A model generated the notes under the pieces. The model ran no database searches, was not told the origin of the DNA, and saw only the letters and a list, made by a program, of their open reading frames with translations. A stretch of DNA of 64,000 nt. Origin: a virus (Duplodnaviria > Caudoviricetes). The DNA lies in the IMG/VR virus record IMGVR_UViG_3300033073_000980, positions 1 through 64,000 of that record. One strand, given 5' to 3'. The position numbers were made by a program, and so were the translations under genes. Positions within the stretch are counted from its first letter, which is position 1. Each line of letters begins with the position of its first letter. This document shows positions 1 through 7,202 of the stretch, in pieces.

Positions 1-45
1 CTGCTCTTCAGTGAGCGTGTCTGTAAATCTTGGAACTGATATCAT
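1..45 (-). CDS. hypothetical early protein, truncated by window edge (MISVPRFTDTLTEEQ...)
   Basis: ATG at 45 preceded by AATAAAGGTT leader and promoter motif at 64-77; frame open to position 1. Confidence 0.6.
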   Translation of the reverse strand, partial: MISVPRFTDTLTEEQ

Positions 46-63
46 AACCTTTATTTTTCTATA

Positions 64-100
64 CCTAAATATACGAACTTTGACCTTAGGAGGCAACTTT
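64..100 (-). promoter_or_regulatory. class-1 promoter (GTTGC ... TTCGTATATTTAGG), representative of the repeated motif
   Basis: Minus strand reads aaaGTTGCctcctaaggtcaaagTTCGTATATTTAGGtat; resembles the Bacteroidota TTG / TAnnTTTG housekeeping promoter. Near copies at ~287, 682, 1188, 1611, 1814, 2284, 3168, 4829, 7181, 9574, 9808, 12338, 37048, 42380, 45827, 47990, 50228, 61909, 62971. Confidence 0.8.
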
Positions 101-284
101 AATTTTCATTCAGTAAAAAATCACCTATTTCAAGAATCAATTCTTCTTCATTGAATGAGTGACCCTCTTGAGTTAACGTCTCCATTGTAAAGACTACTTT
201 ACACATTGCTTCCAAAGCTTGCTCTAGAGTCATCACTTTCCCGTAAGCTTTCTCTAACTGAAATAAAATTCGTAGTTCTGTCAT
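99..284 (-). CDS. small acidic hypothetical protein
   Basis: ORF with its own promoter motif at 287-300 and GTT-ATG start. Confidence 0.7.
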   Translation of the reverse strand: MTELRILFQLEKAYGKVMTLEQALEAMCKVVFTMETLTQEGHSFNEEELILEIGDFLLNEN

Positions 285-311
285 AACCTAAATATATGAA
301 CCCTGATTCAA

Positions 312-410
312 TCAAGCAACTCTTTGTCCGCAATCTCTGCATTTTCTCAAAACTAATCCACTGATGTGTCTAACAACAACGGAAGTATTTTTATGCTCAC
401 AGGCTTTCAT
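312..410 (-). CDS. 32-aa Zn-ribbon-like microprotein (MKACEHKNTSVVVRHISGLVLRKCRDCGQRVA)
   Basis: Hand-translated; fills the gap between neighbours; GTT-ATG start; CxH...CxxC pattern. Confidence 0.55.
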   Translation of the reverse strand: MKACEHKNTSVVVRHISGLVLRKCRDCGQRVA

Positions 411-416
411 AACTAA

Positions 417-668
417 TCAAAATTTATCTTGATAAGCAAACTCTCCATGCTCAACAAAAGCATCGACCATAGATTCAATTCTTTGAACATCGTCATCATC
501 TAAATTAAGAATGATTGAGCGATTATCTTCATCAACGATGTCAACATCAACGACTCTTTCTCCTGCCGGGTCCATAATCTCCTTGTACCAGACATGCCGT
601 CCATCATCCATCATAATGTAGTAAGTCTGGACGATGATTTGTTCTTTGTGATTCTCTAATATTTTCAT
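417..668 (-). CDS. small acidic hypothetical protein
   Basis: ORF, own promoter at 682-695, D/E-rich C-terminal half. Confidence 0.7.
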   Translation of the reverse strand: MKILENHKEQIIVQTYYIMMDDGRHVWYKEIMDPAGERVVDVDIVDEDNRSIILNLDDDDVQRIESMVDAFVEHGEFAYQDKF

Positions 669-696
669 AACCTTTATTGTACCTAAATATAAGAAA

Positions 697-915
697 TTAG
701 TTTGTTAATTCCAACTCCATAGTAGAATTATCCATGAACCGAACTTTCGTTCCTGCAAGCTGCTTATAGGTATAGAGAGTGCAATCAATATCTTGATAGA
801 TAGTCTCCTCCCTGTAAGGGCCTGATAATTCAAATTTCAATTTATCTGAAGAAGCAATTTCAAGCTTCCTGCCTTCATCCGTGATGGGTCTATACCCGGC
901 AACTAATTTTATCAT
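697..915 (-). CDS. hypothetical protein
   Basis: ORF overlapping the stop of the upstream gene (ATGA-type). Confidence 0.6.
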   Translation of the reverse strand: MIKLVAGYRPITDEGRKLEIASSDKLKFELSGPYREETIYQDIDCTLYTYKQLAGTKVRFMDNSTMELELTN

Positions 916-1187
916 GGCACTAACTCCCCGTCCTTAAAAATGTAAACTTTTTTGTCTGCCTTAATCTCATGAATGGTATTGGCATTAATCATTCTGAATG
1001 CTTGCTTCTGCATATCAAAAACAACAACCAATCCTTTCTCAGAAGGAGTGTAAGACATCCCAACCCCTTTAACTCCTTTTGTAACTCCTCTGCGGGCATT
1101 CATCAGTCGGAGTGAGCCATCCTTCTTTGTGAAGGAAACTGTGAAGATCTTATCTCCCAGCAATTCTATAACCTTGTTTACTTCCAT
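912..1187 (-). CDS. SH3 beta-barrel / WYL_2 (DUF2693)-like protein
   Basis: FTVSFTKKDGSLRLMNA...VVFDMQKQAFRMIN pattern; start reassigned to MEVNK (1187) directly after the promoter motif. Confidence 0.6.
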   Translation of the reverse strand: MEVNKVIELLGDKIFTVSFTKKDGSLRLMNARRGVTKGVKGVGMSYTPSEKGLVVVFDMQKQAFRMINANTIHEIKADKKVYIFKDGELVP

Positions 1188-1238
1188 ACCTAAAGATAAG
1201 AAGAGGAGGGGAAGTTTCCAACCCCTCCCCAAGTTTTT

Positions 1239-1589
1239 TTAATCTTCTTCGCTTGCTGCTTCCATTAAAGAATCCCAAGAAGCTTCCAAAGCATCTACTG
1301 CAGAGCTTATTATCTCATCTTCGTCGATTGGAACATTCTCAATTTCAATTCTGTTATTGTAGCTCAAAGAAAGCTCAATATCATCCGTATTCACAACATT
1401 CTTAAAATCTTTATCTGAGAATGTTTCCCGGAAGATGTCTATCAAAGCATCTTTTTCGATTACCAATTGAGGACCGCTTTGCATTTCTGCATTTAAGTCT
1501 GTTAACAGTTTGATTACATCCTCTCTTGAGAATAGCGAAGGGAAACTGTTTGAAACCTGTTCGATTGTGTTTTTGATGTGTTTATTCAT
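1239..1589 (-). CDS. hypothetical acidic protein
   Basis: Start reassigned to MNKHIK (1589), after AATAAAGGTT leader and promoter at 1611-1625. Confidence 0.7.
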   Translation of the reverse strand: MNKHIKNTIEQVSNSFPSLFSREDVIKLLTDLNAEMQSGPQLVIEKDALIDIFRETFSDKDFKNVVNTDDIELSLSYNNRIEIENVPIDEDEIISSAVDALEASWDSLMEAASEED

Positions 1590-1632
1590 AACCTTTATTT
1601 TTTTATTATACCTAAATATACGAAACTTCCTC

Positions 1633-1812
1633 TTATGAGGCAACTTTTTGTTTATTTATTTCCTCAACATATATTTTCAATATGTTAGAAGCTCCATAGA
1701 AATTACCGCTGGTCAACATCATTTCTGATATTGCCAAAATTCTAGCCAAGTCTCTCTCCTTTGGAGACCTGCTTGTGTCGTCTGCAATAGCTTGTAGTTC
1801 TTTATTTCCCAT
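1633..1812 (-). CDS. hypothetical protein (MGNKELQAIADD...)
   Basis: Start reassigned to 1812, 3 nt downstream of the TATATTTA box. Confidence 0.65.
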   Translation of the reverse strand: MGNKELQAIADDTSRSPKERDLARILAISEMMLTSGNFYGASNILKIYVEEINKQKVAS

Positions 1813-1883
1813 ACCTAAATATACGAAACAGCCTCTCAACAAACAACTAAAATATTTTTTCTTTTGTTGGATATTAAAATTGT

Positions 1884-1956
1884 TCTTCGTATCTTTAGGA
1901 TGTCGGAAAGATGGAGTACGAAGGGCGGGGTCAAAACCTGAAGAAATCAGACGTAA
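1884..1956 (+). ncRNA. putative antisense-oriented structured small RNA, copy 1
   Basis: Plus-strand class-1 promoter followed by ATGTCGGAA..AGTACGAAGGGCGG-[hairpin]-GAAGAAATCAGACGTA, shared with copy 2 at 3398-3468. Confidence 0.45.
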
Positions 1957-1981
1957 GCTGTTCTTTAAAAAAAAATGGTTC

Positions 1982-2012
1982 AAAAAAAGAACCACCCCCT
2001 TTCGGAGGCAGT
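1982..2012 (-). terminator. intrinsic terminator
   Basis: Minus strand ACTGCCTCC-GAAA-GGGGGTGGT 9-bp stem with GNRA loop followed by a U-rich tract, just after the 2035-2259 gene. Confidence 0.8.
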
Positions 2013-2034
2013 CCCTTACTAACTTTAACTAAAT

Positions 2035-2259
2035 CTATTGCTCGGTAAATTCTTCCACCTTCTGATTGTAAAGCTCAACCATATCGATGAGAAGTTGGAT
2101 GCTCTGGACTCTTGCTTTTGAGCTGTAGCCTAATGTTTGCTTGGCTGCGTCTCTGGCTGAGAATCTAGACATCTTCATGCCTGTCTTCATTTCTAATTCA
2201 AGACCTCTGATGATTGTTTTCAGTCTGAATAGTTCGATGTTGTTTCCTGTGATTGTCAT
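2035..2259 (-). CDS. hypothetical early protein
   Basis: ORF with own promoter (2284-2297) and terminator. Confidence 0.75.
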   Translation of the reverse strand: MTITGNNIELFRLKTIIRGLELEMKTGMKMSRFSARDAAKQTLGYSSKARVQSIQLLIDMVELYNQKVEEFTEQ

Positions 2260-2323
2260 AACCTTTATTTCTTATTTCCTATACCTAAATATACGAAATA
2301 GCCTCTAAGGGACCAACTAAAAT

Positions 2324-2350
2324 AAAAAAAAAATGGGCCCGAAGGCCCAC
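2324..2350 (-). terminator. intrinsic terminator
   Basis: GTGGGCC-TTCG-GGCCCAT followed by a run of T on the minus strand, right after the DUF932 stop. Confidence 0.85.
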
Positions 2351-2353
2351 TCT

Positions 2354-3145
2354 TTAGATGTATGATTCTGCTAGCTCGTAAAGCTTCTCATTCAATTCAA
2401 TATCCCTATTGAAGTTCTTGATTGAACGAGCTGTCTTATTTCGGCCGGTAGAGGCTTTGTATTTAAAACCACCACGAACCATCTTCTCCTGAATCACATT
2501 GAAGACTGTCCAAAGATCATTACCCTCATCCTCTTTACGGACAGGCTTAAGAATCTCCTCAGCGGTAACCTCAGCTCCACCCTCTCCGAATCTGATTCCC
2601 AAAGCAGCTAAAGCCATCTCAGCCTTCTGCTCCTCAGTCAAAGTAACCTCTCTAAATTTGTTCAAGGTCTCAACAGTCACCGGCAAAGCTTCAACCAACC
2701 CCATAACTGTCTTCTTCAACTCATCGAAAGAATAACCCTTATGACGAATGCTCATAGAACCGAAATCTTTGGTTGCAATAACCAACCCGTTAGAACAAAT
2801 CAATCGGAACAAACCGGCACGGAACTGGAATGAAGAAAGACCATCGTGAGAGTTGCTCAAAAGGATCTGAGGATAAACCGTCTCACCATCCTCGGCCTTG
2901 ATAACCACATTGTCGTTTCTGAACACAACCATATGCTTACCAAAACTACCACCAACAGATTCTCCCTTGCGAGTCTTTCTCTGTTTAACATCAACAACGT
3001 TCCAGCCTAATGTAGCCATATCATCAATTAGATCGGCAGTAGGTACATGAACGTACTTAGAAGATACCTTGGCAGATACGCCAGTTTCAAGGACTGCAGG
3101 AGCCATCTTGGCAATCTGCTCACGGGTTAAAAATGTGTTTGTCAT
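2354..3145 (-). CDS. DUF932/DUF945 (YubP/YfjQ-like) family protein
   Basis: S.KY..VPT..LID....LGW, KHMVVFR, PQILLSNSHDGLSSFQFRAGLFRLICSNGLV motifs; start reassigned to MTNTFL (3145). Confidence 0.8.
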   Translation of the reverse strand: MTNTFLTREQIAKMAPAVLETGVSAKVSSKYVHVPTADLIDDMATLGWNVVDVKQRKTRKGESVGGSFGKHMVVFRNDNVVIKAEDGETVYPQILLSNSHDGLSSFQFRAGLFRLICSNGLVIATKDFGSMSIRHKGYSFDELKKTVMGLVEALPVTVETLNKFREVTLTEEQKAEMALAALGIRFGEGGAEVTAEEILKPVRKEDEGNDLWTVFNVIQEKMVRGGFKYKASTGRNKTARSIKNFNRDIELNEKLYELAESYI

Positions 3146-3397
3146 AACTATTATTTCTTTATTGTACCCTAAATATACGAATAAGAGGCTTATGAGGCAA
3201 CAGTTAAACAAAAAAAAATAACGACCATCCAAAGTATTTTTGTGGCCATATATACGGTATGTGGTAGACTCTAGAAGGTTTTGATTGTTAGTTTATTGTG
3301 TGCCCTAAGCTCGTTTCCTTATGTAACGTCAATGTCTCTGAAGACTACATTGATAAATATCAAAAAAAATAAAATAACTGTTGGCCCCCTGAACTAA

Positions 3398-3468
3398 TGT
3401 TCGTATCTTTAGGATGTCGGAAGATAGTACGAAGGGCGGCTCCAAAGGGGTTGAAGAAATCAGACGTA
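3398..3468 (+). ncRNA. putative antisense-oriented structured small RNA, copy 2
   Basis: Same promoter and conserved blocks as 1884-1956; the middle hairpin differs in sequence but can still pair. Confidence 0.45.
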
Positions 3469-3469
3469 G

Positions 3470-3712
3470 TTTGGGCCCTGGAAAAAGTGGTACTCTCGGC
3501 GGTACCTTACCACTCCCCTCCCCGGTACCTCCAGCGGCCGGCCCCCGGCAGGTTCCCCCAGACCTCCCCCCAACACCCGGTTGGCCGCCTGCGGCGGGAC
3601 CTCCCCCCCTCCCCCCAAGCTCTCCGTGGGGTTCCGGCAGGTATCGACTCGATCGACTCGAGCGGTACTAAGAAAGTCACCGGAGGGGTACACAGGCCGG
3701 TAAACTCTCCCT
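3470..3712. other. GC-rich, C-tract-rich non-coding island including C7TC6 (G6AG7 on minus strand)
   Basis: Abrupt GC-rich segment with many C-runs in an otherwise AT-rich genome; C7TC6 at 3603-3616. Confidence 0.7.
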
Positions 3713-3910
3713 AAAATATCTTACACATATTCTTCTCTATTTCTACACACCATACCTTATTTTTATTATAGTACTATGTAATACCAACTACTATAGACTA
3801 CACATTACCTTTCATTACACACTTCCCATATCATACCCAACCCTATCATTCATATGTTTTTTCATAGTATCTTAGTGTTATCTTACGTCTATATTCTTCT
3901 ATAATATACT

Positions 3911-4082
3911 CTACAGTTTACTAGCTACGGTTGTCTAATCCTACGATTTTCTCTACGGTTTACTCCGTACGGTTTACTCTACAATTTTCTCTACAGTTGT
4001 CTTGCTACGGTTATCTCTATACGGTTTACTCTATGGCCGTAGACGTCTATCTTTTTATCCTACGGTTTACTATCTACGGTTT
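3911..4082. repeat. array of ~11 degenerate CTACGGTT(T) direct repeats (iteron-like)
   Basis: Copies near 3911, 3925, 3941, 3953, 3967, 3979, 3991, 4005, 4019, 4060 and 4074, mostly 12-16 bp apart, in non-coding DNA. Confidence 0.8.
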
Positions 4083-4125
4083 TCTATATAGTGTTTATAA
4101 CCTGAATTACTCTACTCCTACTCCT

Positions 4126-4665
4126 TTATAGGTTAGGGTAATTTTCTTTCATAGATTCTTTCAGTAATTGTCTTGCTTTATGCAATTGTGATCTTACCGT
4201 TCCCGGATGTATGTTTAACATCTCTGCTACATCTTTTCCGGTCATATCTTCCAAGCAATGCAATTCAATCATTTTCCTATACCCCGGCGATAACCTTTCT
4301 ATATGTTTTATAACTGTCTGCAGATCTAAACTAGCGGTATTGTCGTTATACGATCCTTTATTTAGTTCTACTACATCTTTATCATACCTTTGAGTTCTTA
4401 CATGGTTTAACGACAAAGTTATAACTACTCTAAGACACCACGGTATTAAGAAGCTATCGTCTTTTAATTGATGTACACACCTAAAGATCTTCTCAAAACT
4501 ATCACACATTAGATCCTCGGCATCATCCTTATTCTTCACATACTTGTATGCAGTTCTAAAAAAGTGTTCTTTCTTATGTGTATATAGATGAACTTTAGCT
4601 TCATCTGAACCTTCTCTTAACTGCTTGGCTAATATCTCTACCGGTATTCCTCCTATCTCGCTCAT
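4126..4665 (-). CDS. ECF-type sigma-70 RNA polymerase sigma factor
   Basis: Region 2 (AYKYVKNKDDAEDLMCDSFEKIF...W..RV..LSLNHVR) and region 4 HTH (VAEMLNIHPGTVRSQLHKARQLL). Confidence 0.9.
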   Translation of the reverse strand: MSEIGGIPVEILAKQLREGSDEAKVHLYTHKKEHFFRTAYKYVKNKDDAEDLMCDSFEKIFRCVHQLKDDSFLIPWCLRVVITLSLNHVRTQRYDKDVVELNKGSYNDNTASLDLQTVIKHIERLSPGYRKMIELHCLEDMTGKDVAEMLNIHPGTVRSQLHKARQLLKESMKENYPNL

Positions 4666-4808
4666 TAGATCTGCTCTCTTACTTTACCGGCCCATACGGT
4701 TGTATAGTCCTCTTCTTCTAGAAAATTCGCGATCCATTCTTCACGAGTCATTCCTATTCTCTCGAGCTCTTCATCGCTCATTAATGCACCGATTTGTTCT
4801 TGTGTCAT
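4665..4808 (-). CDS. 47-aa acidic microprotein (MTQEQIGALMSDEELERIGMTREEWIANFLEEEDY...)
   Basis: Hand-translated; promoter at 4829-4842, GTT-ATG start, TAATG coupling to the sigma gene. Confidence 0.65.
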   Translation of the reverse strand: MTQEQIGALMSDEELERIGMTREEWIANFLEEEDYTTVWAGKVREQI

Positions 4809-4866
4809 AACCTATGTCTTTTTTACTATATAAAGATACGAATAAAGCTTTATATAAACAACTAAA

Positions 4867-5376
4867 CTAAAAGGGCTGAAAGTCTTTACCTACCGTCTCG
4901 ATAAGTTCTATAGCTTCTAGAACCGATACTGTAAAAAATTCTCTATCTTTTCTGTACCTATATGTTGCTAATCTTAAATGGAGTAATTGTTCTAAATCAT
5001 AAGGACGTTCGCATCTAAATGAGTAGATAACATCCCAATCTATAACTACACCTGCATTATTGATCTGTCGGATCCTGGTTGAAGGGTTTGTAGATGTGAA
5101 ACCTATTTTACATAACCCAGGAAAGGATTCATTTGTCAGTATATAGACAAATCCTCCTGCTCCATTTTTTGGTGAGACTTCATCCTTCTTAGGAGCAATT
5201 CTCCTAAGGTAAATAACATCTTCCCAATCTTCTTCGTCAGCTACTAAAGGGTTTTGGGAGGGCACTCTCGTGTAGTGAGTTGCTCCTTTAAAGCTATGCC
5301 CTCCATCCCCTGATGTACTCAACGCAACTTTTACAAACCTCCACCAGTCTATTTCATCTGGGTGGATGTATTTCAT
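4867..5376 (-). CDS. GIY-YIG superfamily T5orf172-domain protein
   Basis: GFVYILTN...KIGFT...RIRQIN...LEQLLH...REFF. Confidence 0.8.
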   Translation of the reverse strand: MKYIHPDEIDWWRFVKVALSTSGDGGHSFKGATHYTRVPSQNPLVADEEDWEDVIYLRRIAPKKDEVSPKNGAGGFVYILTNESFPGLCKIGFTSTNPSTRIRQINNAGVVIDWDVIYSFRCERPYDLEQLLHLRLATYRYRKDREFFTVSVLEAIELIETVGKDFQPF

Positions 5377-5379
5377 TAC

Positions 5380-5721
5380 TTAGTTTTGAGTAGGTTTCTT
5401 TTTAGCAGGACGCTTACGTTTTGGTTTGGTAGCTGCAGATTCTTGAGTTGCAATTAACTCTTTAACTTCTGCTTTTACTGCTTTGATTTCTGCCTTCGTA
5501 GCTTCAACCTCTGCTTTAGCAATTTCAACGATAGCTTCTACTGCTTCTTTTACTTCAGCTACAACCGGAGCGGGTTGCTCAACAGGAGCTGGTTCATTGG
5601 AAAGAATCTCTTCTTTCATTTCAGCGATCAACTCTTGACGAGTTTTCTTTGACTTGCGGTAGGCGACGATTACCAATACTAGGAAGCCGACTACGATGAT
5701 GGGTGCGATTACGTTTACCAT
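5380..5721 (-). CDS. membrane-anchored hypothetical protein with E/A/K-rich helix and basic tail
   Basis: N-terminal hydrophobic helix; C-terminal KPKRKRPAKKKP. Confidence 0.7.
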   Translation of the reverse strand: MVNVIAPIIVVGFLVLVIVAYRKSKKTRQELIAEMKEEILSNEPAPVEQPAPVVAEVKEAVEAIVEIAKAEVEATKAEIKAVKAEVKELIATQESAATKPKRKRPAKKKPTQN

Positions 5722-5722
5722 A

Positions 5723-6646
5723 TTATTGTCTTAGTGTTTTTTTGTTTCTATAATTTACATCAGTGAACATTGTAGGAATCATATCTCTATGAGTTGCTCT
5801 GATAGGATTGATATCCAAACCTCCTCTACGGGTGTACAGACAAGCTACCATTAAACGGGTAGGTTGGTAAGCTTCTGTTAAATGCGTAAATACCATCTCG
5901 CAGATCTCTTCGTGGAAGTGAGACACCTCTCTATGAGATACAATATACTTTGCCAATGATGCGAAGTCAGGAGCATTAACTCCGTTAGTTTCAATCTCAA
6001 TATAAACATCACCCCAATCCGGCTGATTGGTTACTCGGCAGTTACTTCTCAAAAGATTAGAAGTTACCTTAGTTACTACTGTGATTTCTTCCGGACCTGC
6101 TATTGTAGTCTTCAACTGAGAAGCATCTGAATGGAATGTATCGAAAGTTAGTTCGTCTAGATTAACTGCTGAATCCAAAGCTATAAAATCTGCTCCAAAT
6201 TCTACCTCAGGGCTAAACTCGTTCGTAAAGAACTTAGCTGTTACCTGAGTCTGTAGCAATTCAGACAAATCCTTCGCAACAGTCTCTTCAACTAACTTAA
6301 CGCATTCTTCTCCTGTCTTACCTAAACGGGTCATGTTGAATGAGTTTAAGTAAAGCTTGATTGATTTAGACTCTACGTGAGCAGGACTATCTGCCGGGCA
6401 GTAGATCTTCATCATACCGTTTACTGGCCTACCGTTTTCTGTGATTGCAGAAACTTCATAAGCATTCCAAACATCTCCACCTATAAAAGGTAGATCGCCT
6501 TCTTTAATGCCGTAACTCTCTCGGTTAAAATGACGAGGTACTGCAACTAATAGCTCAGGAGCATAAGTTGCTTTGTAACCTTCTCCGCCTACCTTACCAA
6601 GGTGCTTACCGGCAATTTCAATTACTGTATTTTGATTCTTATCCAT
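5723..6646 (-). CDS. queF: NADPH-dependent 7-cyano-7-deazaguanine reductase (bimodular QueF)
   Basis: QueF motif VESKSIKLYLNSFN, catalytic SNCRVTNQPD, FHEEICE, YTRRGGLDINP. Confidence 0.93.
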   Translation of the reverse strand: MDKNQNTVIEIAGKHLGKVGGEGYKATYAPELLVAVPRHFNRESYGIKEGDLPFIGGDVWNAYEVSAITENGRPVNGMMKIYCPADSPAHVESKSIKLYLNSFNMTRLGKTGEECVKLVEETVAKDLSELLQTQVTAKFFTNEFSPEVEFGADFIALDSAVNLDELTFDTFHSDASQLKTTIAGPEEITVVTKVTSNLLRSNCRVTNQPDWGDVYIEIETNGVNAPDFASLAKYIVSHREVSHFHEEICEMVFTHLTEAYQPTRLMVACLYTRRGGLDINPIRATHRDMIPTMFTDVNYRNKKTLRQ

Positions 6647-7175
6647 GGTTCTTAATTGTACTGTAAAACTTCTCTAATCTTTCTTCTACTGAGCCTGTTA
6701 GCTGAATAACAGGTACGTTTACTTTCTTAATATAGGTTTCAAATAGATCTACTATCTCATCTCTGAACTTAGTGTTGACGCTTCTGGTTCCGTCTGCAAC
6801 GATATCGAACTCAGGTTTAAGGTAGAAGATGTAATCATAACGATCCTTGTAGTAGTTAAATACATTCTCAGCATAATTTAACACCCATCTTTCAACCTTA
6901 CCTTCTCTCCAAAGCCACTCAGTATAAACTACTCCGTCGATAATGCATCGGTCCATAATAGCATCAGTATACAAAGTGTTTTTGATATGCTCGTTAACGA
7001 TTAGTAACTGAGTAGTATTACCTCCGTCTTCGTTAATCTTCAATCCCTTCTTAATCATCCGGCGAGTAATCTCGTCGATGAATTCATACTTATATCGAAA
7101 CTCTTCGTTCTGCTTGATAGCTTCTAACAGAGTAGTCTTACCTGTTGATTGAGCTCCTGTGAATGATACTTTCAT
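6639..7175 (-). CDS. P-loop NTPase / nucleotide kinase (AAA_28, NadR-like)
   Basis: GAQSTGKTT Walker A, DRCIIDG..Y, YDYIFYL.PEF. Confidence 0.75.
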   Translation of the reverse strand: MKVSFTGAQSTGKTTLLEAIKQNEEFRYKYEFIDEITRRMIKKGLKINEDGGNTTQLLIVNEHIKNTLYTDAIMDRCIIDGVVYTEWLWREGKVERWVLNYAENVFNYYKDRYDYIFYLKPEFDIVADGTRSVNTKFRDEIVDLFETYIKKVNVPVIQLTGSVEERLEKFYSTIKNHG

Positions 7176-7202
7176 TAGTATTAATATACGAAGTTAGTTT
7201 GA

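Noticed and set aside
1884-1956. Hammerhead, HDV-like ribozyme or tRNA identity for the two-copy element
   Set aside because: No CUGAnGA/GAAA hammerhead core, no clear nested double pseudoknot and no cloverleaf with T-loop on either strand. Kept as an unknown RNA.
61-3181. Repeated 14-17 bp motif as a CRISPR array
   Set aside because: Spacing is irregular (hundreds of bp), the intervening sequences are ORFs, the motif matches a promoter, and no cas genes are present. The PD-(D/E)XK nuclease at 30400 is a stand-alone phage exonuclease.
3397-3714. Plus and minus ORFs in the GC island (3397-3714, 3414-3671, 3460-3693; Pro/Gly-rich)
   Set aside because: Open frames are expected in stop-poor GC-rich DNA. 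The composition is unlike all other genes, and the homologous copy at 1900 is frameshifted and stops after 13 codons.
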